From the NCBI RefSeq assembly GCF_028641065.1, contig NC_073378.1, positions 69,006,001-69,070,000 of the forward strand: a DNA stretch of 64,000 nucleotides, given 5' to 3'. Made by a program: the position numbers and the translations under genes. This document shows, one piece after another, positions 24,064 to 35,224 of this stretch (its first letter is position 1; each line of letters opens with the position of its first letter). Source of the stretch: Leucoraja erinacea. Taxonomy: Eukaryota. Under the pieces are notes generated by a model. The model was not told the origin of the DNA and made no database searches. It saw only the letters and a program-made list of their open reading frames with translations.

Positions 24064-24263
24064 TGTGTAGGAAAGAACTGCAGATGCTGGTTTAAATCAA
24101 AGGTAGACACAAATGCTGGAGTAACTGAGAGGGGCAGGCAGTATTTCTGGAGAGAAGGAATGGGTGACATTTCGGGTCTGAAGAAGGGTCTCAACCGGAA
24201 ACATCACCCATTCCTTCACTCCAGAGATGTTGCCTGTCCCGCTGAGTTACTCCAGCATTTTGT
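24064..24263. repeat. Fold-back pair of Penelope terminal repeats with central hammerhead-like motif
   Basis: Arms ACAAATGCTGGAGTAACT...GGAATGGGTGA and TCACCCATTCC...AGTTACTCCAGCATTTTGT; CTGAAGA...GAAAC at 24178-24202. Confidence 0.75.
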
Positions 24264-25339
24264 AAAATAATTTGATGTTCCTTTTGGTATGAACAGATCC
24301 TATGATCACCCTGATGATTCATCTCCAGCAGCTTGGCATTATATTTTATTTGATAATGATGTTTTTAAGATGTCGATGGTGATATCTATAACAACCCAGA
24401 GAATGTTTCGGCATGATGCTTTTGATGCAAAATGACCTTAACAATGTTGTCTGTGCCCTGGCTTGAATGCGGTGCTGCAAAACTGGGGCAGAAATTGGTA
24501 CTCTGTGAGCTAATATTCAGGATTGGGTGAAATCAATGGAGCTGAATGTAAGAAGCAGAGTACAGCTGGCTGGCATCATTATAAATGCATTTTTAATGCA
24601 AAATACAACTAAAAATTTCATCCTCAGAGCATTTCATGTGGAGCAAAATATAACCCAAAGACCCAATGTGGGCATAGTTTCCAGCATATTACATTATCCA
24701 CCATCCCTCACATCACACTTATTGCTGCCCACTCCTCCTATTTTCCAGATGATCATCCTCAATCTCTTGCCCCTAAAGGTCTTTTTTTTTTAACAGATCT
24801 TAACTGATAATATTTGACAGTAACTCAAATAACAGACAATCTATAGCGAGTGGGAGACAAGGGTGACCTCGCAGATCCATCTACTTATCGAGTTCACACA
24901 CAAGATTAGAAGTTGTTCAGCCAGAGTTGAACATACTTCTCGGCATCTGCATACAATGGTGCCTGTCTGGTCGATTCTTGTGCTTCTTGTGCGTGGTGGT
25001 GGAAAGATTGGTGGAAACAGGGCCGCGACATGAACGCTCTTTACTTGACCCCGCAGATCCATTAAGCCAACTGTCCCTTGTAGATCTATTTTTTATTTCA
25101 GATTTCAAGCACATGAAGTATATTGCTTTGTTCTCTGATGAAAAGTAAACAGACAGGGTTTCCTGTTCTGTTAGCTAAACCCTGGTGATTTGTCACAGGA
25201 AATGTAGCCCAGATCATAGGAGAGTGAGAGTAATGTAGAGTTCACACAAATACATAGTATGGTAAGGACAGAATGAACTAATCTGTATAGTCAATCCATG
25301 TCATCACATTACAGTTTGATAACAGTCATAACAGTCAAG

Positions 25340-26316
25340 GAGGAAGAGCCATCTTGGGGAACGGCTGCTAACCAGCAGCCGTCCGTTTAATTCTTTTTTT
25401 TTTTGTAGTTCTAGTGAGTCCTGTGTTTTGTTTGTGGGAGAAATAGACTTTTTAATGTGGGGGGAAGGGGGTAACTATATTTCTAGGTCCCTACCTGGTT
25501 GGTGAGGCAGCTTTTTCTCCGGGCTGCCCCGTCGACCCGTCCTCGTGGCCTACCAGCGGGCGTGGAGCGCCGTTTCCTGGCGGGGACCGCCCAGCACCTC
25601 GGCTTCGGTGGCGGCACAGCGCTGGAGCGCTATCGCGGAGCGGAGCGGGCGATGCCTTGCCTGGGTCGCCGCGCTGGATCGACGCGCTGGAGCTCCGGTG
25701 AGCTGTGACCGCCGAGTTCAACACCTCCGGGCTGCGGGTCTGCGGAGCGGAGCGGGCGGCGCCGACTTCAACATCGGGAGCCTGGGAGCTCCAAACTGGC
25801 GCAGCCTTGTCAACTTCGGAAGCCGCGGTCTCCGGTAAGGAAGCGGCCGTCCAGGTGGCCCAGCCGCTGAGAGGACTCTCCCGACGCCGGAGCAACAGCA
25901 CCCGGCGAGAATGGCCAGGAACATCGGGCCTCCGTAGAGGCAATAGCGGAGGCCTCAATAGGCCTGACTTTGGGAGAACTGGGGATGGGGACTGGACATT
26001 GTGCCTTCCCCCTCAGTGGTAACCATTGTGGGGGGATGATTTGTGTGTGTAAGTGATTATTTTAATTTGTGTCCAAGATGGCTATCGGAAGGAAGAGTGT
26101 ACGCTGACGCGGTTTAGCTGCCGCTGCTCTCTCTTCACATTGTGTTTTTGATTTTTTTTGTCTTTGGATCGAATTATGTCTTTAATTTGTGTATTGGTGA
26201 TGTCTTTATTATTTATTTTACTCCGATTATATGTTTTTTACTCTTGTTAAATTCTGTAAGGTGTCCTTGAGACTTTTGAAAGGCGCCCACAAATAAAATG
26301 TATTATTATTATTATA
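25340..26316 (+). mobile_element. CpG-rich non-coding retroposon with L2-type tail
   Basis: GC-rich body without a credible ORF; ends GAAAGGCGCCCACAAATAAAATG(TAT)n. Confidence 0.55.
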
Positions 26317-26339
26317 ATCTCATATTTTGTGCAGAGAAT

Positions 26340-26710
26340 AGTGCGCCCTGTACACTAGTGGTATGAATATTGATTTTTCTCACTTCAGGCTGCCCCAGCA
26401 TTCCCTCTCTCTCTATTCCTACCCCACCCAAGTCGCCGTAGCTTGTAATTTTCACACTACAAAAAGCTTACAATGGCCTGTTTCCTTTGTCATTGTCACT
26501 TTTTGCATATCTTTCATTCATTGTTCTTTATCTCTCCACATCACCATCTATATCCATCATGTCCCTTATCCCTAACCAGTCTGAAGAAGGGTCTCGATCT
26601 GAAACATCACCCATTCCTTCTCTCCAGAGATGTTCCCTGTCCCGCTGAATTACTCCAGCTTTTAATGTCCATTTCAGTTTAAATCAGCATCTGCAGTTCC
26701 TTCTTGCACA
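26340..26710 (+). mobile_element. Penelope-like 3' end with hammerhead-like motif
   Basis: GMNIDFSHFR ORF end, then CTGAAGAAGGGTCTCGATCTGAAACATCACC at 26581. Confidence 0.75.
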
Positions 26711-26789
26711 TCACAATGAAGCAACTGATTCAGGAACAATAGGAAGCAATGTAATGGAAATATTCTGGGGACATTTAATAGAACGTTGT

Positions 26790-27110
26790 GCTGAACAGAA
26801 TGCCAAGATAAACTAATCTCATCTGTCCGCACATGATCCATATCTCTCCATTCTCTACATATCCATGTGCCTATCTAAAAGTATCTTAACCATTTCTGCC
26901 TCCACCACCAAACCAGGCAGCATGTTCCAGGCACCCACCACTCTCCGTGTGTAAAACATGCCCCGCACATCTCCCTTAACTTTTGCCCCTTTCACTTTAT
27001 GCCCTCTAGTCCTTGACATTTCCATCCTGGGAAACAGTTTCTGACTATTGACTATAATTTTACATACTTTGATCATGTCTCTTATCCTCCTGAGTTCTAG
27101 AAAAACAATC
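26790..27110 (-). mobile_element. CR1 LINE 3' fragment
   Basis: SRTRGHK...FYTRRVVGAWNMLP (ORF 26855-27076). Confidence 0.8.
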
Positions 27111-29269
27111 CAAGTGTCCTGGGGTATTCAAAAATTCTTCACATTGTACAATGATGACAAACGGGTGTTGGAAACCAGAAAAATAGAAGACTAGATCATT
27201 TTAATGAGCCTCAAAGTCTCATAACTACCTTAATTAGTATTTTTTAAACATCATAAATGAAATGTACTGTTTTTGTACTGAGCATTTAATGGGAAATGCA
27301 AGCTGTTAATAATTTCACAAAAATCCCATTGTTGTCAAGAGTCATTATTTTCCACTCAACGATGAACTGACAGTTAACATTTTCTGCTGATCCATAAATT
27401 GTTTGCTACACTCTATCACTCCTGCATGCTCCCGGCCTTTGCTACAGCAGCTGTGCGTTGTTAAATGTTCTATTATAGTGCAAATCATTTCTGCATTTTT
27501 GCTTCCAAATTTGCACCGACTGCTACTTAAAGGGAGAGACAAATCAGAAAGAAATTTCATGGGTTGGTACTCATTCATTACGTAAATCATATTAGCGGTA
27601 TGGCTGATTGAATCTTTGAAAAGGTTGAAGATCAAAAGAACAATAACTCCTTGGTATTACCAATTAAATGTGGCACTATATGATTTTTTCAAAGCAGCTT
27701 TAAAAACAGCATTCAGAATCTACTCTAGCAACTTTTGCAAGTAATTCTGATCAAAGTGGACATAAATAACTTTGCGATTGCAGATCAGCTAAAACTTAGT
27801 TTGGGGAATCGTTAGCCTTCAGCAGGCATTGATAACCTTATAGCAAATTACGTGTATTTTTCACCTCAAATTTTCAATGTTTCCCATCTTAATCCTTCCT
27901 TCCTTTTGGCAGGTGTAAAATGTCCTTTTTGGATCAATGGCGAAGCCTGAGATGGCCCAGGATATGAGAGCAGATATCTCTGTATAAATACTGGGGGTTA
28001 TCAGTAAACTCCTGCTCTGGCCTTGGACACTGTAAATTCCAAGGGTGGCGTACAGCTATGGCATTGTCAGTGAGCCTTTCAAAATTCGTCTATTCAGATT
28101 GATCATCACAAAAATGTATAATTTGGAAATCTAAAATCAAGTATAAAATTAATTGTTTTTAATTAAAAGCACTCCAGTGATTGTTTTGCATCCAAAGTTT
28201 AAAATATGAACACGTAATAAATTGAATTAATGAATTGTGACTAATGTTTATTTTATACCTCATATATGTTTCCTTGTCATTCATTGCCAATATGGGGGAA
28301 TTTTGACCGTTTATTTTACACACAGCAAGATCCGAATACTGGAAAACTACCACCACAGAATATTCCAGCACCATCTGGAAAAACAGGCTTGATTCAAAGA
28401 TAAAACCAAAATGCATCACCATCTCATAGGGCACCACACATTTGGAACAAACATGTATTCTGGAGTGAATTAGTGCCAAGAGTGTTGTCATAAATTAATA
28501 TTAGAGTTAATCATGACATTGTTTCCATTAACAATATAAACAGATGTCATTCTTTTCCATTGTGGGCACATCCACATCACTTTGATCAGATAAATAGGTT
28601 AATTTAAAAAAAAGCCTGTGATGAAAATATTGTAGTGGGCAAGTAAAATGTTATCCAGAACATTTAGAAAAAGCTATATGGTTTGTATTTGATTAATCCA
28701 GTAAGTAAAATATGCCTTGTAGATTAATTAAACAGCAAGTTTAATATAATTTTAACTGTGCCAATTTCCAGATGTAATCACTGAAGTCCATTTATATGGT
28801 TCCTCTGGAGATTGGTCTCTGTACTCAGACACAATTCAAATATGATCCTCCACTGTGGAACGAGGTGAAAGATGGCCTTTTATCTGACAGTCATGGCTTT
28901 TCACAGTGACCTTAAAGCTTTCCATTCTCTTTGGGTCCTATAAATATTATAATAGTTTCACTGTTCACAATTTCAATTGTACATCAAGTTTTTCTTTATG
29001 CCTTGCAAAGATTGAATTTTTTATAACCATGTGGTCTAAACTCACAAAACATAAAGAGTGAGGATTACAAGAAGCTGAGGAAGTAAATCAACAAGCTATC
29101 CAAATCCAATGTATATGAATTATGATGATTTACCATTTCAGATATTTTCTGTTTTATTTATCACTTCTTTTTTTTTGTGATTTTCTTTAATATAACTTGT
29201 TCATAGTAAATGCAATGGTGACTTTCATTCCGAATACAAAAAATTAAATCAACTAAATAGTCAAAGTAT

Positions 29270-31426
29270 TGTAGTGGCCTGGACGAGGTCAGGAAAAGGC
29301 CAGACGCCCGGCGGGTTCAAACAGTAGTCTTTTAATCCCTACAGCGAGAGTACACCACACACACATCTCGAGAGCACTAAACTCAGGGTCGTCTAGAAAC
29401 CCCGTGGCAGACCAATGCCCCGTCCCTCAATCGGTGAGGGGGCTGATCCATGGAGTGGCCTACCCCCCAGGGACCGTCACAGACCCCCCCCCCAAGTACC
29501 CGAGGGACGAAACGAACAGGAGGGCGTAGACGGCGGCCAGCCCGGGTGCACACCACGCCCGGCCCCGGAACACGCGACTGACCAACAGTTGCAGGGGACG
29601 GAGTAGCCAGAGAAGGAGGTACCCTAGACAGAGGCCTCCCTCGCTTACGGGGCTGTGCTAACAGCACTGGCTGATCAATATCAATATGTGCTGGCTTCAG
29701 CCGCGCAACTGAACCAGTCTCTTGCCGACCCCCCATGTCCAGGATGAAAGTGGATGAGCCATGTTCCAGGACCCGGAAGGGACCCTCGTACGGCCGCTGG
29801 AGAGGTGTCCAATGCACATCCCTGTGCAGGAAGACAAACTGGCAGTCCTCCAGAGCAGAGGGTACGTGCAGACGGAAGGACCCATGACAAGACGTGGGCA
29901 ACAGCGCCAGCTTGCCCACCATCTGCCGAAGACTTTGAAGAGCGTCCGAAGGCTGCTCCACCTGGCCACATGCCGGCGGGATGAATTCCCCAGTCACCAT
30001 CAACAGAGACCCATACACCTACTCGGCGGAGGTGGAGGGCGCTTGACATCCACGATCAGTGAATGGGCTCGAAGGAAGTCGGCGCCCAGCAGCGGCTGGG
30101 AAACGTCGGCAATGATGAACTTCCACGAATAGGAGCTGCGGCCAAAGTTGAGGGGGATGGTGTGAAACCCATAGGCGAGAATAGCACTCCCATTCGCCAT
30201 AGTGAGGAGGGAGCCTTGTTTGCCCACATGGATGTCAGCGATGGAGGGAGGCAGAACACTCACTTCCGCACCAGTGCCCACGAGGAATCGACCTACAGTG
30301 TGGCGATCCCAGGCGAAGACACGATGAATTGTGCCGGCCGGCAAAGGAATCACTGACGACTGGCCCCTTTGTTTCCCGGGAATAAACAGGGTGGGCGACA
30401 TAGCCTGGCTGCAGCTCCCCACAACAATGGTAATAGCAGCAACCCCCTTTGCTGGCGTTTGGTGGAACTGCAGGCGAATTAGGCTGGTTTGAATGCCAGT
30501 GACCTCTCCTGGCATTGGGTGGAACTGCAGGCTGGCCGTGCTGGAAGGACGTGCCTGCAGTGGAATGGGCAATGGCGACCGGATTTTGCCGCAGGGGGCC
30601 GACTGGGAGCAGTGGAAACACGGTCGATAGCGTTCCCGACCTGCTCTGAGCCTCCAAATGCTGCAGGAAGGACGGTCAGCACATCCAGATTCTGATGGCG
30701 GGAATTCCACACCTCGTCGGCGTGTTCACCCAATGCCCGCATGTCGGTAAATGGATCCCTGGTGAGCTGCAGGCGGATGTTGGGCGGTAGCTGCTGCAGG
30801 TAGGCGTATTTAAATAGAAAACAATGTTCATGGTCTCCCATTAGGGTGAGCATGTCTTCCAGGAGGGCAGACGGCCGGCGGTCGCCCAGGCCGTCCATTC
30901 TGAAAATCCGAGCTGCCCACTCGGAGTCACCTAGGCCAAACCTCCTGATAAGGAATTCCTTAAGGCCCCTATATTTATTTGCTACCGGGGGGGCCATGAG
31001 GAAAGGCTTAACTCGCCTCGCAGTCGCTTGGTCAAGCGCGCCAACTACTTAATAGTATTTTGTCTCATCTGCTGTAATACCTCTCACAGCAAACTGTGCC
31101 TCTGGCCTGCTGGAACCAGATGTCAGGTTCTTCGGTCCACAAAGTTGGGAGTTTCAGCGCAACAGCGTTATTATCCATCACGATGCGTGATGAACGGCGT
31201 GGGGTCACCAGTGTAGTGGCCTGGACGAGGTCAGGAAAAGGCCAGATGCCAGGCGGGTTCAAACAGTAGTCTTTTAATCACAACAGCAAGAGCACACCAC
31301 ACACACACCTCGAGAGAGCACTAAACTAAGGGTCGTCTGGAAACCCCGTGGCAGACCAATGCCCCTGTCCCTCAATCGGCGAGGGGGCTGATCCAAGGAG
31401 TGGCCTACCCCCCAGGGACCGCCACA
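29270..31426 (-). mobile_element. Gypsy LTR retrotransposon (CsRn1-like), internally deleted
   Basis: LTRs 29270-29481 and 31212-31426 (TG...CA); 4-bp TSD GTAT; tRNA-Trp-like PBS TGGTGACCCC (31201-31210, minus); G-run PPT; gag VALKLPTLW...WFQQA; protease FLVGTGAEVSVLP; integrase C-terminus PYEGPFRV...RLKPAH; RT and RNase H absent. Confidence 0.93.
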
Positions 31427-31466
31427 GTATCTTAATTTATTTTGAATATTTAATTGATTTAATTGT

Positions 31467-33889
31467 TGTTATATTCCGGACGGCAGAATGAAGAACACGA
31501 TTTACACATTGTTTACCTGGATCACGAGAGAGAGTGATTTATTAACCAGCATTCCCTGCTTATATCAAACACCAACTCATTAACATACACATGAATATAT
31601 ATGAATACATTACACTGCTCTCCTTTTAAAAAATATTAAATCTAATTACTCAGTTACAACTTTGTTGTTGTGATACTTGATTGAAACCAGTATTTATTTT
31701 ACATATCTACACATTTTTGTTTTACTTGTGCAGTGAGTTATTTAACTTACAAACCTAACCTGATGACCGGTTTACGGATCCTGCCTGATCATCTATTTTC
31801 TTGTCCGTCATTCATTATGTGGGAGATTACTACACCTACACCATAACTCGAAGCATCACAAGCAAGTTTCATCTTGCGTGTCGTGTCGTAGTGAACAAGG
31901 AGGTTGTCACTTGTCAAGTTTTCCTTGCAGATGTCATTTGCACGTTGCTGTTCCTTTCCCCACGTCCATTTCACATCTTTTTTGTAGCAGATGATGTAGT
32001 GGCTTTAGCACAGTTGCTAAATCTGGAAGGAATCTTGCATTGAACTGCACCATCTCAAGGAATGATCGTAGCTCTGACACATTGTTGGGTTTTGGAGCAT
32101 TCATTATTGCTTCAACTTTCGCCTCAATGGGGCGAAATCCGTTGGCAGCTACTTTGAGTCTAAGGTAGACCACCTCTGACTGTGCAAATGCACATTTACC
32201 TTGTCGCAGTTTGACATTGTGGCAGTTCAGTCTTGTGACAACTTGCTCGAGGATTTCCAGATGTTCTATCGTGCCCTCTGTGAATATCAGTAGGTCATCC
32301 TGGATGCGCACACAGTGCAGAATGCCATGACATTTTGCCCATGACAGACTGGATGATTTTCATCAAGGATTTCACACCTTAGGGAAGCTTTGTATATGAA
32401 TAGAAGCCCTTATGTGTATTGATAGTCAAGTACCGGTGACTTTCCTTGTCGACATTGAGTTGGGTGTAGGCGCGAGACAAATCCAGTTTAATGGAGACTA
32501 AGTTCTGCGTTCAAATCATGTGAGGTTGGTAACAGATATTGTTCATCGTCAACGTCTTGGTTGATTGTGATTTTGTAGTCACCACATAGTCACACAGTTT
32601 TGTCGGCCTTGGGTATGGCCATAATTGGCGTTGCCCAGTTACTCTGGTCTGTCTTCACGAATACTCCATTCCGCTCTAACCTGTCATGTTTTTCCACCAC
32701 TTGTTGCTTTAGTGCATACGGTACAGGTCTTGGTCGACAATACACAGGTTGCACATCTTGCTTAAGTCGAACATGTGCAGAGTACCCTGTTATTCCTGTG
32801 TAACTGTTGGCAAATATTTCTGCATGTTTGTGGTAGCAATCTTGCATGCTTTCTCGAAAGTCAGATCTAGAGTGTTCATGGGTTTGGACTGAATTCGTTC
32901 ATCCACTAGACCACAAACAAATCTGTCACGAAGTGTGCATCTGAGAAAAGGTCCAAAGTTACAGTGCAAAGTTATGTTTTTCAAGGCAACAATGTACTTA
33001 TTGATTGTCTCAATCTGCTTCTGGTTTCAGGTGCCAAATTTATGGCTTTCTGCAATTTCCAGAGGCTTTAAATGCTTCTCCAGCTTTTTCATAATGTCAT
33101 TGAATGGCATGTCTTTTGCCTTTATGGGCGCAAGGAGATTTACAATTGTGCCGTACACTTCTGGACCAATCTCCGTGAGCAGAATAGCTTTAATGCGTTC
33201 TCAAACGGCTTTATTTGTTTCAGTCACTACCTATCCTTCACTCCTAATCTCCATTATGTTATTTGCCGTAAGAAACATGTTCACTCTCTCCATATATGAG
33301 CTGAACGGCTCTCTACTCTTGTCGAAAGTGCCAAGGTTTCCGATCTAGCACGTGGACGCCGCCATCGTGCCGTTCTCTTTTTCCCAATTTCCTGTCTGTT
33401 CTGGTGTAACAATTCACCTAAAACTTAGCTGTACAAAGGCTATACACAAAAAAAAACTCAGTTTAAAATCCTGTACAATCCCAAGGATGCCATCTTGCCA
33501 CGTAGACAGAACATAGAGATAGCGTGACATACTCCCGATGATTTGTACAGCTGCTGTTTTAAACTACAGTCCCATACATAGAAGGATCTACGGCCTATCA
33601 TGCCCAGTTCGCAAACAATTGCGACAAAGCTCTGTATTTACTGTTTAAAATGTTAAACAATACTGCTGGTTGCAAAACAGTCCTGCACTGTATTTAAAGG
33701 ATGAGTTCGCAAACTCTATCCCGTCCTCAACACCAATTTTGTTATATTTCGGACGGCAGAATGAACAAGACTTACACACTGGTTGCCTGGATCATGAGAA
33801 AGAGAGATCTATTACCCAGAGATTTATTTCCTGCTTATATTGAACACCAACTCATTAACATACACAAGAATATGTATGAATACATTACA
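31467..33889 (-). mobile_element. Gypsy LTR retrotransposon (Mag-like), deleted and degenerate
   Basis: ~148-bp LTRs 31467-31614 and 33740-33889; PPT AAAAGGAGAGCAG; Ser-type PBS; gag (LLTEIGPEVY, LRDRFVCGL); RT (RPVPYAL, WATPI, IQDDLLI); RNase H (LACDASSYGVG); integrase missing; TSD not resolved. Confidence 0.9.
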
Positions 33890-34074
33890 ACTTTGATTAT
33901 CTTAATTTACCTAACTGCATTTGTTAAAAATATTCTGCTAAATTATCAGTGCCTGTTCATTCCTTCCAGTGTTGGGCTTTCATAATGTGGGCACAGCAGC
34001 AAATGGATATTTGCCATGTTGCTTTCTATATTTGGAGCAGGTTAGTGTTATTAGGGGAAAGTCGATAATGGCCT

Positions 34075-34410
34075 GGCCACACACTCATCTCCCCGCTACC
34101 TTCAGGTAGAAGGTACAGCAGCCTGAAGACTGCAACGTCCGGGTTCAGAAACAGCATCTTCCCCACTGCCATCAGGCCATTGAACTCAACTCAAACAAAA
34201 CTCTGAAAATGAATTGCCCATTATCAGTTTATTTGCACTTTATCTGTTTTATTTATTTGTGTGTGTATATATTTATACAATGGTATATGGACACACTGAT
34301 CTGTTCTGTATTCATGCCTTCCATATTCTGTTGTGCTGAAGCAAAGCAAGAATTTCATTGTCTTATCTGGGACACATGACAATAAACTCTCTTGAATCTT
34401 GAATCTTGAA
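34075..34410 (+). mobile_element. Rex1-type LINE 3' end
   Basis: Encodes LPSGRRY...RFRNSIFP; GACAATAAA and (TCTTGAA)n tail. Confidence 0.75.
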
Positions 34411-34867
34411 ATAATTTAATACATTAAAATAAAGGAAGAAACGTTTGAAAAATATCTAAATTCAACATGTTTTTCTATCAAACTGACATGGCTGAGAATC
34501 CCCAAGCACATCAGTGGAAACACCCCTTTTATGTCAAGTCTGGCTGGCATGAGACCAGACAAGGGGAATCCCTAGCCGAACATTGTTAAAGCGCCAGGAA
34601 CGGTGACAAGTGTACCTAAATCTGTCGGTCAGAATGTCACAGACTTACTCACATGGGAAGAACTGAACACAAGCTGTTCCAAAGCCACCGCAATTCCCTG
34701 GTTTAACACTGACACCAAAGTTGCAATTGTTGCTGTTCCAGATCCTTTCTCTGCATTAAGATTTCTGTCTGTACCAAGTGCTACCTACACAAATGCCTCG
34801 GGATGTTGACTATAAGGATGAATCATGTGGTGCAAGTGCAGTATATATTGAGTTTGGGCTTTAGTTG

Positions 34868-35050
34868 ATAGAAACATAGAAACATAGAAAATAGGTGCAG
34901 GAGTAGACCATTCGGCCCTTCGAACCAACACAACCATTCAATATGATCATGTATGATCATCCAAAATCAGTACCCCTTTCCTGCTTTCTCCCCATATCCC
35001 TTGCTTCCGTTAGCCTTAAGAGCTAAATCTAACTGTCTCTTGAATACATC
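34868..35050 (-). mobile_element. CR1/HER1 LINE 3' tail
   Basis: (CATAGAAA)n followed by ATAGGTGCAGGAGTAG, the reverse of the 22690-22984 tail. Confidence 0.75.
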
Positions 35051-35198
35051 ATCAGATGTATGTTGAGTTAGAAGCTGGAAGAGGAAGAGTTAGAAGCTGT
35101 AGGAGGAAGTCCTGTCTGCTTCAATGATGAGCAAATTAAGCCAAAATATTATTTCCACCTACAGTATGTTAAACTTATGTTATAGCTATACCATAATC

Positions 35199-35224
35199 AT
35201 ATATATATATATATATATATATAT
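35199..35224. repeat. (AT)n microsatellite
   Basis: Seen directly. Confidence 0.9.

Noticed and set aside
25491-26022. GC-rich ORFs or a host CpG-island promoter
   Set aside because: Overlapping low-complexity ORFs on both strands lie inside a unit ending in a retroposon tail.
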